Source: Octopus vulgaris
Lineage: Eukaryota
DNA: 64,000 nucleotides
Assembly (NCBI GenBank): GCA_951406725.2
Contig: OX597819.1
Location: 41,788,001 to 41,852,000, forward strand
Direction of reading: 5' to 3'
Of this stretch, positions 38,870 to 52,591 are shown piece after piece. Position 1 is the stretch's first letter, and every line of letters begins with the position of its first letter. The notes below the pieces were generated by a model. It saw only the letters and a list, made by a program, of their open reading frames with translations, was not told the origin of the DNA and searched no databases. A program made the translations under genes and the position numbers.

Positions 38870-38924
38870 GGTGTGAGAGGAAAGTTAAGTCATAGTTAGT
38901 TTAGATGTGATACAAAATATACAA

Positions 38925-39120
38925 TATATACTTAAGCAAATGGAGCATTGCAACTAGAATTTTGTTGAATAATGATAATTAAATACAATAAAATGTTTAC
39001 AGTAATTTTAGATATTTTTCTCCACATAAATATGAATTTTATTACTTTATATTTCCATTTATTCACCCACGCTATTTGCCTTCATACTTATATATATAAT
39101 CATTAGAACACCTCATAGAA
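38925..39120 (+). repeat. Dispersed repeat associated with (TA)n fields, probably a PLE pseudo-LTR derivative
   Basis: AAGCAAATGGAGCATTGCAACT...TTTTTCTCCACATA...CCTTCATACTTAT recurs at 41080-41340 (+), 44843-45110 (-), 48635-48897 (-) and 49790-49830 (-). Confidence 0.75.
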
Positions 39121-39954
39121 CATAGACTTATTCTGGAAAACAATACTTTCTTCTTCAATGGAAAGAACTACATCTAAATTAAAGGGACAGCTATGGGAAC
39201 GAGGTTTGTTCCCGTTTATGCGAACTCGGTGATGGGATACTTAGAGCAAAAACTCTACCAGGAAATAGAGGAGAGATACAGCACTGAATTTAGGAAGTAT
39301 ATTGAAAAAGCATTGAAGAGATACCTCAATGATTGCTTCATAATCTGGAAAAAACTCAAAACATTGTGGAAGAATTCAACATCCTCCTGAACAACCTACA
39401 CCCATCTATCCAATTTACAAAGGAGATGAGCAGTACCAAATTACCATTCCTAGATATAATGGTGATTAAAAAGAACACCGCCATTACCACAGATATATAT
39501 TATAAACACACAGATACACACTGAGAGAAAAGGACTTTATTCAGAAATTCAAACCCAAGCTTAACAAACAATGATTAAATTAATCTTATTTGGGGTTTAA
39601 AAATCTTATCCCTATAACTAAAACACAAAAAATCTCTAAAAGTACTGCTGTCATCATTTCTAAAAATAAACATTGGAAAATGGTTTGGCATCATTTCTAA
39701 AAATAGCCAGGACAAAAGACAGCCAGTCAACCACAGTTGAAACACTCCAGTCACAACCTGGGACCTTGAAGACTGCTTTAATGCAAGAAAGTATACTAGT
39801 CCCTTAATATTTGATATTCAATATTTCATCTATTCAATAAGATAATCAATACTGCATTTCATTTTACTATATATATTATTTATACTATATATTCTATATT
39901 CTACATTAATATTATAAAGAATATAAAAAACAGACAGAGTTGGAATTCCTTTGG

Positions 39955-39960
<6 letters not shown>
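39120..39960 (+). mobile_element. Penelope-like element fragment (RT core + 3' pseudo-LTR)
   Basis: LENNTFFFNG...KGTAMGTRFVPVYANSVMGYLEQ, KRYLNDCF, LNNLHPSIQFTKE...LPFLDI...TDIYYKHTDTH, joined to EKDFIQKFKPKLN (GIY-YIG C-terminus). Confidence 0.88.
39760..39803 (+). ncRNA. Degenerate minimal hammerhead motif in a PLE 3' region
   Basis: GGGAC-C-UUGAAGA-CUGC(UUUAAU)GCAA-GAAA-GUAUAC-UA^GUCCC. Confidence 0.55.
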
Positions 39961-40003
<43 letters not shown>

Positions 40004-40136
40004 AGTTTGATTTGAAAACCCCACTAGAATGGGAGAAAGTGCTAATGATCTAAGTGATATGATATATATATAAAAAATGTAATATAAATAAATATCTGTA
40101 AATATAAACCATCCGATCTTCTGAGTACCTCATTTC

Positions 40137-40178
<42 letters not shown>

Positions 40179-41849
40179 GCGTTAGGAAGGGCATCCAGCC
40201 GTAGAAACACTGCCAGTTCAGACTGGACCTGATGCAGCCTTCTGGCTTCACAGACCCCAGTTAAACCGTCCAACCCATGCTAGCATGGAAAGCGGACGCT
40301 AAATGATGATGATGATGATGATATATATATATAAAGCATCATCATCATTGTTTAACGTCCGTCTTCCAAGCATGCATGGATAGGACGGTTGAGAGGAGCC
40401 TGCCAGGTAGCAAAACTACCCCAAGTTATTGTGTGTGTTTTAAGCATGGTTTTTATGGTTGGATGTCTTTCTTAACATCAACCACTTTGCGGAGTGGACT
40501 TAGTGCTTTTTACATGGCACTAGCACAGATGAAGTTAGTTTTGGCATGATTTTTACAGCTGGATGCCCTTCTGAATACTGACCACTTTACAGTGTGGATT
40601 GGATGCTTTTTACGTAGCACCAACACTGGCAGGATCACCAACTAACTCGCAAGACAAGGAATTATGAGAGGGGCAGGGACATTTGAGAGGGGGGGGGACT
40701 TGTGTTAGAGAGGCAGAAACAGGTGTCTTGCTATAATGGTGGGGGCATTGGTGGATGTGATCTGGTGTCAGATGAAAAGTTAGAGTGTGATAAATAGAGA
40801 AGTAGAAATAGGTGTCTTGCTATAGAGGAGGTACATGGTTACCCAGCAAGAGAGAGAGAGAAGCAAGCAAGCAAGATAGAGATAGAGAGAGGGGGCACAA
40901 GAAAGAGGAAAGAAACAAGTGTGCTGATGTGAAGGAGATACCTGGTTACCTAGTCAGGGGTAAAACAAAATGTGTATATTCATATATATTCACACACACA
41001 CAAACATACATTTGTGTGTATATGTATGTATGTATAAAGCCTCCACTCTTCATTAGTCCATTATCGAAGGAGACACAATATACTTACTCAAGCAAATGGA
41101 GCATTGCAACTCGAATTTCGTGGAATAATGAGAACAAAATACAATAACATGTTTATTCAAATTTTAAATATTTTTCTCCACATAGATATGAATTTTATTA
41201 CTTTATATTTCCATTTATTTACCCACGCTATTCGCCTTCATACTTATATCCATAATCATTAGAACACCTCAAAGAACTCAGACTACGTGATACTCAGTTT
41301 AAACCATTCACATTTTGAGTTGAAATCCTGGTAAGTGGGTGGGATGGGTGTGTGTGTATGGCTGTGTGTTCTAGAAATTTGCTTTGGATCCATATTGTTT
41401 TGGTATCAATGCCATTGTGCGGTATTTTATACAAGTGTCTTTTACTATAGATCTTGGCCTTTGTGTGTGTGTGTATGTGCATATATATATACACACACAC
41501 ACATACATGTATATGCATACATATATTATCTGCGGTCAGTTGTGGCGACTATGACTATATGACTTCATGGCTTTGGCATGACTTGATAAATTTTCTCCAT
41601 ACTGGTCAGTTTTTCGCTTGATTTTGTCATTTATTATGATCAATACCTTTCCACTTCATGTCCCTTTTTTTTTGGTGTATCTTTGAATCTCAGTCTAGAT
41701 GTTCTATGGTTTCTTTTCCCATTGCATAGCTGGGTGTAGAGGATTTATTTTGGGAGTCTGTTCTTGTCCATCCCATGTACACGATCCAACAAACGTAAAT
41801 TTCTATCATTGAGGATTTCCATCATAGGAAGCGACCAGCACGCTGTAGG

Positions 41850-42450
41850 ATCTCTTCATTCCTGATCTTGTCTCATTGCTCCTGTCTCATCATATATGCA
41901 TGCAACCTGTCTGCAAGCTAGATTGCCTTGGAAAGCATTGTGCCGCTCTTCTATGGCATTATTTGTCTGCGGGAGATCAATATGAAGCCTTCTAAAAACT
42001 TTCCACAATGATTTTGGAAATTTTGGTTTTCTTCTACTGTTGTTTGCCAATGGGCAGCCAAAATAGTTATCTTTAAAATAATCGAAAATAATGTCTAAAC
42101 CTTCATCATAATTTTCTAATTCACGTATGGTTTGAAACCCTGCTATGACATCATCTGTACAGAGAAATGTTTTGCTAATCACCATTTTGATTAGCATTCA
42201 AACATTTTCTTTATTAACATATCTTTCTCTTAGAGCCTCATTGGTAATCTTTCTCCATATGCTCTGTCCTAAATGGAAGAAGCATCCTGCTATGCTTGAG
42301 TGTGGCAATGTGTCATTGCATTTCTTGAAGCAATTTCAAAAGTCTGTTAAGATGGAGCTAGGATCTGGCAAAGGCTCTAGCTCTTTCAGTTTAGTGAATA
42401 TTGCTGTCTAACTTTCTTCACATTTATTCGTAAGTAAAGCTTTATGGACT
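41850..42450 (-). pseudogene. Mutator (MULE) transposase relic
   Basis: Minus strand GCFFHLGQSIWRKI, FDYFKDNYFG and PQTNNAIEERHNAF. Confidence 0.8.
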
Positions 42451-42683
42451 GTCCAGATTTCGACTCCATACAACAGGGAAGAAAGCCCTATAGCCTGCTA
42501 TACCTTACATTTGACACATATAGAAACATGCTTATTTTTCCACAGCCTCTCAACTACTATCTCTGCTCATTCCAGGTCCAGTCATGCGTTACCTAAGATG
42601 TTTAGGTATTTGAAATCTTTGCATTGGGCCAACCCTTCATATCTAATACTGATGTTTTCTTTTGTTACAAATGCAGGTACATA

Positions 42684-42724
<41 letters not shown>

Positions 42725-42936
42725 TTCTGTATATGTGTTTGTCTGCCTGTCTTTCTTGTTTGTTTGTTTGTTCAAGAACGACACAAACAACACATTTATA
42801 GCTTGTTGACATGTCAATGTATAGCTTGTTGACATGTCAATATATACATACATATACATATATACATACATATATATAGATATATACATATATATATACA
42901 TACATATATATATACGTATATATATTATATCGTATT

Positions 42937-44560
42937 GACAAATGGTTGATAAGGGCTGTACAGGCCCTATACAGAGAGGCCATTAGTAAGGTTAGGATTG
43001 GCAATGAGTATAGTGAAGAATTCCAGGTAGAAGTAGGGGTCCACCAAGGTTCAGCTCTTAGTCCCCTTCTATTCATCATAGTCCTTCAGGCAATAACAGA
43101 GGAATTCAAGAAGGGTTGCCCCTGGGAGCTCTTCTATGCTGATGACCTGGCCCTCATAGCAGAATCACTACCGGAACTAGAAAAGAAATTTCGGGTGTGG
43201 AAGCTAGTTTTAGAATCAAAGGGCCTTAGAGTAAATGTAGCAAAGACCAAAGTTATAGTAAGCAGAAAGGTGAACTCATCACACACCCCCTCGGGCAAGT
43301 GACCCTGCTCGATCTGTAGAAAAGGTATAGGTAGAAACTCCATAAGATGTACCCAGTGTAAGCTATGGACGCATAAGAGGTGCAGCAACATCAAAGGAAA
43401 ATTAACCGAGAAGATAGCTTTCATGTGCGGCAGATGCACAGGGGCAATAGACACCACAGATACTCAGAAAACAGATTCAATCACACTCCAGGGGGAGAAA
43501 CTAGAAGTAGTTGATAGTTTCCGCTACCTATGTGACAAAGTTAGTAGTAGAGGTGGATGCTCAGAGAGTGTCACCATTAGAATATGAATAGCCTGGGCAA
43601 AGTTTAGAAAGCTCATACCCCTACTGGTGACAAAGGGTCTCTCGCTCAGAATGAAAGGTAGATTGTATGATGCATGTGTGCGAACTGCCACACTTCACGG
43701 TAGAGGACTTGCGAAGACTTAAAAGAAATTAAGCTAGCATGGTCCGCTGGATGTGTAATGTCAGTGTGCACACACGACAGAGTGTAAGCACCCTGAGAGA
43801 AATGCTGGACTTAAGAAGCATCAGATGTGGTGTGCAAGAGCAACGCTTGCGATGGTATGGTGATGTACTGCGGATGGATGAGGAGAGATGTGTGAAGAAG
43901 TGCCACTCCCAAACAGTTGAAGGTATCCAGGGGAGAGGTAGACCCAGGAAGACATGGGATGAAGTAGTCAAGCATGACCTTCAAACGTTGGGCCTCACAG
44001 AGGCAATGATGAAAGACTGAGATCTCTGGAGATATGCTGTGACTGTAAAGACCCAACAAATAATGTGAGTTCAAGGCTGCTTCCTGCACCAGTTTCACAT
44101 AGCCCCAGCCCATCCAAAGTACCTTGGATTGCAGAATGACCTGCTATGCTTACCTTGGATCATAGGGTGACCTGCTGTGGTTGAGGAGACCTACTAAGTC
44201 AAGTACATCAACATCAAAATAAATATCAAATGGAAATTGTAGTTGTGATACCTGTGCCAGTGGCACATAAAAAGCACCATCCGAACATGGTGAATGCCAG
44301 TCCCACCTTGACTGGCTTCTGTGCCAGTGGCATGTAAAAAGCACCAACCGATTGTGGCACCTGTGCCAGTGGCACATAAAAAGCACCCATTACACTCACG
44401 GAGTGGTTGGGGTTAGGAAGGGCATCAAGCTGTAGAAACACTGCCAGATTAGACTGGAGTCTGGTGCAGCCTCCTGGCTTCCCAGAGCCCAGTCGAACTG
44501 TCCAACCAATGCTAGCATGGAAAATGGATGTTAAACGATGATGATGATGATAATGATGAT
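42937..44560 (+). mobile_element. 5'-truncated RTE-type LINE with PHD-like finger and long 3' UTR ending in (ATG)n
   Basis: VGVHQGSALSPLLF, YADDL, CSIC...CTQC..WTHKRC...CGRC, RLRWYG and GRGRPRKTW, followed by a UTR ending GATGTTAAACGATGATG. UTR-only copies at 40176-40322, 40337-40640, 47044-47570, 49130-49176, 50726-50911, 52992-53675 and 56133-56364. Confidence 0.9.
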
Positions 44561-45164
44561 ATATTATATTATATTTTACTAATTTATATATCCTATGAAT
44601 CATTTGATATTTAATATATATTTTATATATTATATAATTAGTATACAATACTATAATAATGTAATAAATTCATAGCGTCCCCCTTCCTTCCAATGCTTTC
44701 TTTTTCTCTACTGCTGCCACCACTTCCTAAGGCACAAGCGCCCACATAGACAGTCTCAGTGGCCGTGTGGGGCGGTAGCACCTACTTTGAGAGCATATGT
44801 TATACACTTTCTACAGCCATACATGCATACATACATAATATACCCACTTACCAGGATTTCAACTCAAAATGTGAAAGGTTTAAACTGGGTATCACGTAGT
44901 CTGAGTTCTATGAGGTTTTCAAATGGTTATGTATATAAGTATGAAGGTGAATAGTCTCGGGGAATAAATGGAAATATAAAGTAATAAAATTCATATCTAT
45001 GTGGAGAAAAATATCTAAAATTTGAATAAACATGTTATTGTATTTTGTTCTCATTATTCCACGAAATTCGAGTTGCAATGCTCCATTTGCTTGAGTAAGT
45101 ATATTGTGTCTCCTTCAGGTTAACTCCTTCGGTAATGGACTAATGAAGGGTGGAGTCTTTAGAG

Positions 45165-45198
<34 letters not shown>

Positions 45199-45229
45199 AT
45201 ACAAATAGGTGTGAGTGCACCTGTTATGA

Positions 45230-46010
45230 ATTTTAATAGCCACATCACTGTTTATCATGGGTCGATTTCTATGAGAATTTTCATGGTTCACCAGGCCTGC
45301 ACGACTCAAACACCTCCGCCAACAAATCACACACATAAAAAGCAACACTCTCCCACTTTACACAGTTTCCCACTTCTAAGCCCCCTCCTATTTCTCTCAT
45401 ACTTTACAGTCAAACCTTGAACAACCATCATGCGCTATCTTCCTCCATCCATCTCGGTCTTGTGCCTCCTTCTCCCAATTACCAGCTGCAATTCCTGTCT
45501 GTATTAGAGCATTTTTAAGGCAATCCTTAAACCTTAGTTTGGGCTTATGCGCTGGTATCCTGCCATCTTTCAGCTCATGCTACAATAGCTGCTTGGGCAG
45601 TCGCTCATTCCTCATCGTTACCAAATGTACCCCCACACACACCTCAAACGTCTTTGCAAAATCATTCACTCTTTTTTCTCAGACAGTATTGATGAAATCG
45701 TTCCAATTGCTTTACCTGCCTACAATAAACAACCGATGCCTCACTTCCATATAGTACAGATAGGACAACAGCATGTGTTATATACCTTAACTTTTATTTG
45801 TGAAGATATATTATGTTGTTTCCACAGTCGCCTTTCAAGCCAACCAAAAGCACTACTAGCCAAGCTGATTCTGTATGAAACTTCATCCTCAACACCAGCA
45901 GTGCTCAAGGTACTTCCTAAATAAATAAATCTACGTACAGTCTCCAACCTTTGACCATTCACAGTTATAAAAGGTTCAACATACATCTTGGAGGGAGCAG
46001 GCTGGCACAT
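45230..46010 (-). mobile_element. RTE/BovB-like LINE 3' fragment
   Basis: [22 protein letters not shown]...[21 protein letters not shown], later RNERLPKQLL, and a C-terminal CVICWRRCLSRAGLVNH zinc finger. Confidence 0.85.
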
Positions 46011-46011
46011 T

Positions 46012-46061
<50 letters not shown>

Positions 46062-46220
46062 TGTATGTATGTATGTATGTATGTATGTATGTATGCATGT
46101 ATATATGTATGTATGCATATATATATGTATGCATGCATGTATGTATGCATATATGTATGTCTAAGGCCGTCATAGTCACGACAACTGACTGCAGACAATA
46201 AATGTATGCATATACATGTA

Positions 46221-46290
<70 letters not shown>

Positions 46291-47645
46291 GGCACATACA
46301 CACACACACAAAGGCCAAGATCTATAGTAAAAGACACTTGTCTAAAATACCGCACTGTGGCATTGATACCAAAACAATGTTAATCCGAAGCAAACGTCTA
46401 GAGCGAGCCTGCCTGCCTGCCTGCATGCATGCATGCATGCATACATACATACATACAGACAGACAGACACACACACACACACACACACACACCCACTATC
46501 CAGGATTTGCAGAGGGAAGCCATCCTTTCCATCGTCGATCTGATGTGACACAAATACTGATAGGGCACAGAAAGTATGTCAATACCCAGCTGGAGAAGAT
46601 GTTCTCCTGGGGCTACAAGTTACAGTAGTATCCACCCTTAGTGTTTAGCCACATTTAAGTGGCAAATATATTTCAGAAAGTCGTGCAGCTACTGTTTATA
46701 CCTTGGTTCAGAGATTTATTATTGCTTGTTTACACTTTTTCAAGATCAGTGACTTTTCGTCACTGGAAAAAGGATATACGTGTTTGCATTGGGACCCCTT
46801 CGCATCAAAGACTGGTGATAGTCATGCGCTGATAACAGGTAAATACCCAGAAACTTGGGTCAGTGTGTATCACGTCAGGTCGACAATAGGAAGGATGGCT
46901 TCCCTTTGCAAATACTGATAGGACACAGAAAGTGTGTCAATAGCCAGCTGGAGATGTTCTCCTGGGGCTACTAGCTACAGTAACATCCACCCTTATATAT
47001 ATATATATATGTGAATATACTTCACATATGTATATAAAAATACATCATCATTGTTTAACGTCTGCTTTCCATGCTGGCATGGGTTGGGCGATTTTGACTA
47101 AGGGCTGGCGAACCAGATGGTTGCACCAAGCTCCAGTCTTGATTTGGCAGTGTTTCTACAGCTGGATGCCCTTCCTAACGCCAACCACTCCGAGAGTATA
47201 GTGGGTGCTTTTTACGTGCCACCGGCATGGGGGCCAGTCAGGTGGTACTGGCAACGACCTCGCTCAAATCCTTTTACACATGCCACCAGCACAGGTGCCA
47301 GTAAGGCGACTTTGGTAACGAACATGCTCGAATGGTGCCCAGCGACTTTGGTAACGATCATGCTCGAATGGTGCCCTTTTATGTGCCACTGACATGGAAG
47401 CCAGTTGGCTGCTCTGGCAACGATCACACTCGGATGGTGCTCTTGGCACCCTACTAGCACGTGTACAAGTGCCAGTAAGGTGACGCTGGTAACGATCACG
47501 CTCGAATGGTGGCCTTTAAGTGCCACTGGCACAGAAGCTGGCTAGCCGCTCTGTCAATGATCACGCTCGTATATATATATGTATGCATATATATACATAT
47601 ATATATACATATCTAAATATACATATATATATACACATATATACA

Positions 47646-48167
47646 TATAATCAAAATAAGCAACAAGAATGACTCCGATAATTTGGTACGATCGTTTCGT
47701 ACTACATCGTTTTATTAAATGTCATAAGTATTACAACAGATTTAAGATGCTGAGTACTCATCAGCCAATTATAGAGGTTTTCCATTAATACAAAAATTTT
47801 CAATCATTATAGAGAAGGTAGATATACATCAAAGATGTGGATTTAAATTTTAAGAACATATGAGGTAGTGAAGTCCTTCCACTGACTGACTAAGAAGTGG
47901 CTGTTCCTAACTGCTGTAAGGTTAGGACTTCACTACCTCATATGTTCTTAAAATTTAACTCCACATCTTTGTCTGTATATATACCTTCTCTATGATGTTG
48001 CCACTTGATTTGAAAATTTTTGTATTAATGGAAAACCTCTATAATTGGCTGATGAGTACTCAGCATTTTAAATCTGTTGTAATACTTACGACATTTAATA
48101 AAATGATGTAGTACAAAACGATCGTACCATATTACCGGAGTCGTTCTTGTTGCTTATTTTGATTATA
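47646..48167. repeat. Long inverted repeat (PLE pseudo-LTR fold-back)
   Basis: Arms 47646-47877 and 47924-48167 with a spacer of about 46 nt. Confidence 0.92.
47683..47768 (-). ncRNA. Type I hammerhead ribozyme, canonical core, long stem II
   Basis: Minus strand: UUGG-CUGAUGA-GUACU...AGUAC-GAAA-CGAUCG-UA^CCAA. The inverted copy at 48045-48130 (+) has AAAA in place of GAAA. Confidence 0.8.
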
Positions 48168-48264
48168 ATCACCCCACGGATTTTTATGGATAACACCATA
48201 CAAAATCCTGGTGCATCTAAATTAAGTACCATATTCATTTGAATCTAAATTTTTGCTGAACTTA

Positions 48265-49700
<1,436 letters not shown>

Positions 49701-49845
49701 GTAAATGAACATATTAATATCAGTAAATAAGTTGAATGTAGGTGTTAATAACACCTGCGTTCAAGTCCATTTATTTACTTATACTATACAATTCTAGTTG
49801 CAATGCTCCATTTGCTTAATTATATATTGTATATATATATATATG

Positions 49846-50697
49846 CAAAACTAAATGCAATACCCAATGAATACACTACACCTGGAAAGATTGCAATCTC
49901 AGAGGCACAATCAGTGCGTGACCTGGGTATTTACATGAGTGATGACGCAACCTTTCATGTACATGTAGCTTAATTGGCAATGAAATGTAGACAGCTGGCC
50001 GGATGGATTCTTAGAACCTTTAGAACAAGAGACCAAGAAACCATGATGGTCCTCTGGAGGACACTTGTCCTAAGCCACTTTGACTATTGCTCTCAGCTAT
50101 GGTCACCATCCAGTGTCAAGTTGATCACAGAACTTGAGGCGATCCAACGAAGCTACACGAAGAAGATAGCCTCTGTGCAGCATATAAGCTACTGGGAAAG
50201 ACTCAAGAGATTAAAACTCTATTCCTTGGAGCGTAGGCGAGAAAGATATGCCATAAAATACATCTGGAAGATCCTGGAAGGACTTGTCCCAAACTTTGGC
50301 ATCGAGAGTTACACAAATGCCAGAACTGGGCACCACTGCGTGGTGCCAAGGACTCCAAATTTGCCATCAAGATGTAGGACAAGATACTGTGATAGCCTGG
50401 GCTTCAGAGGCCCACAGCTCTTCAATATCCTCCCGAAGAACCTGAGGGACCTGCATGAGGTGCATGCGGATGTCTTTAAAGTAGGACTGGATCTCTTCCT
50501 GTCAGGTATCTCGGATGAACATCTTCACGGCAGGAGGTGCAGATGAGGGCAGCTGCATCGAAATCTCTCATGCACCAAATGGCAGTTGCTAAAAAGCATT
50601 CGTGAAGTAAAATCATGTAGCAACACTAAATGGTGGTGCCTCAGCATGGCCACAGCTCGTGAGCTGAAACTAGATAAAATAAATAAATAAAATAATA
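49846..50697 (+). mobile_element. CR1/L2-like LINE 3' fragment
   Basis: VRDLGI, LVLSHFDYCSQLWSP, SYWERLKRLKLYSLERRRERY and GPQLFNILP; tail CAGCATGGCCACAGCTCGTGAGCTGAAACTAG(AATA)n. Confidence 0.9.
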
Positions 50698-50936
50698 GAT
50701 GTGTGCGTGTGTATGTATGTATATGCTGGTGGCACGTAAAAAGCACCCACTACACTCACGGAGTGGTTGGCGTTAGGAAGGGCATCCAGCTGTAGAAACA
50801 TTGCCAGATAAGACTGGAGCCTGGTGCAGCCTTCTGGCTTCCCAGATCCCCGGTCGAACCGTCCAACCCATGCTAGCATGGAGAACGGACGTTAAACGAT
50901 GATGATGATGAGATATATATATATATATATATATAT

Positions 50937-51416
50937 GAAAAAACAAGTCAAAAATAGAAAATGCTAAAATAATTTTATAGTGAACATTTCAGTACCGGTT
51001 TCGGTCATTTTGAGACCTTTTCAACTGTAACGATTAAATAATTAAATTTAGAAAAATTAAAAGAAAAGTTTTTTTAAAGGAATATTTCTATAGTAGTGTT
51101 CAGATATAAGTAGCATTCTGCCTTTCTCTGACTCCCTTGTTTGCACTTGTGTGTTGGAGGTCGTTGTGAGTTCTTGTGAAGAACTCACAACGACCTCCAA
51201 CACACAAGTGCAAACAAGGAGTCAGAGAAAGGCAGAATGCTACTTATATCTGAACACTACTATAGAAATATTCCTTTAAAAAAACTTTTCTTCTAATTTT
51301 TCTAAATTTAATTATTTAATCGTTACAGTTGAAATGGTCTCAAAATGACCGAAACCGGTACTGAAATGTTCACTATAAAATTATTTTAGCATTTTCTATT
51401 TTTGACTTGTTTTTTC
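50937..51416. repeat. Near-perfect palindrome with a 3-nt loop
   Basis: Arms 50937-51175 and 51179-51416, loop GTG; one indel and only a few mismatches seen. Confidence 0.95.
50986..51030 (-). ncRNA. Minimal hammerhead ribozyme, C3U/G8A compensatory variant
   Basis: Minus strand: UUACAG-UUGAAAA-GGUC(UCAAAAU)GACC-GAAA-CCGG-UA^CUGAAA. The mirror copy at about 51323-51366 (+) has A9U. Confidence 0.72.
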
Positions 51417-51444
51417 ATATATATCAACTCGTGTGTTCCTTTTC

Positions 51445-51493
<49 letters not shown>

Positions 51494-51867
51494 ATGTATA
51501 TATATATTTATATATACATATATATATATACATGTATACATATATATATATATACATATATATATATACACATATATATGTGTATATATATATACATATA
51601 TATATATATGTATATATATACATATAAATATATGACGATGATGATGATGATGATGATATATACAAATATATATATACATACATATATATGTATATATATA
51701 TATACATACATATATATGTATATATATATATACATATATATATACATACATATATATGTATATATATATATACATATATATATACACATATATATATATA
51801 CATACATATATATACACATATATACATATATATATATACATACATATATATATGTATATATATATAC

Positions 51868-51898
<31 letters not shown>

Positions 51899-52275
51899 TA
51901 TTTACATATATATATACATATTTACATATATATATAGATATTTACATATATATATATATATATATATACATATTTATATATATATATACATATTTACATA
52001 TATACATACATATATACATATTTATATATATATATACATATTTACATATATATATATATACATATATATGTGTATATATATATATATATATATACATATA
52101 TAAAATTTGGGGTGAATACTTGAGTATTCATTGAGTGAAAAACGGGATGGACGCTTTGATTTTGTTTTGTTTCGTTTTGTTTTGGTGCCTCGCTCTGTTG
52201 TACGCGACTATGAGGATTTGCATCCCCAACGTAAAACTTATAATGTAATACATGTCATTGAAGTAGTAATTGTAC

Positions 52276-52362
52276 GCGGCTGAAGAAGGCTATAGACACA
52301 CATTTACATCAATTATGCATTGTTATAAACCGTCTAATAAAGGCCCGAAACATATGTACTGC
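52276..52362 (+). ncRNA. Type I hammerhead motif, canonical core, long stem II
   Basis: GCGG-CUGAAGA-AGGCU.UAGAC...GUCUA...GGCCC-GAAA-CAUAUG-UA^CUGC. Confidence 0.68.
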
Positions 52363-52442
52363 TAAATCCTTTGCATCATGTTTTTATTTTGATAAATATA
52401 TACATATATATATATATATATATATGCATACATATATATATG

Positions 52443-52481
<39 letters not shown>

Positions 52482-52537
52482 ACACATATATATACATATA
52501 TATACATATATATATATACATATATATATATATGTAT

Positions 52538-52591
<54 letters not shown>

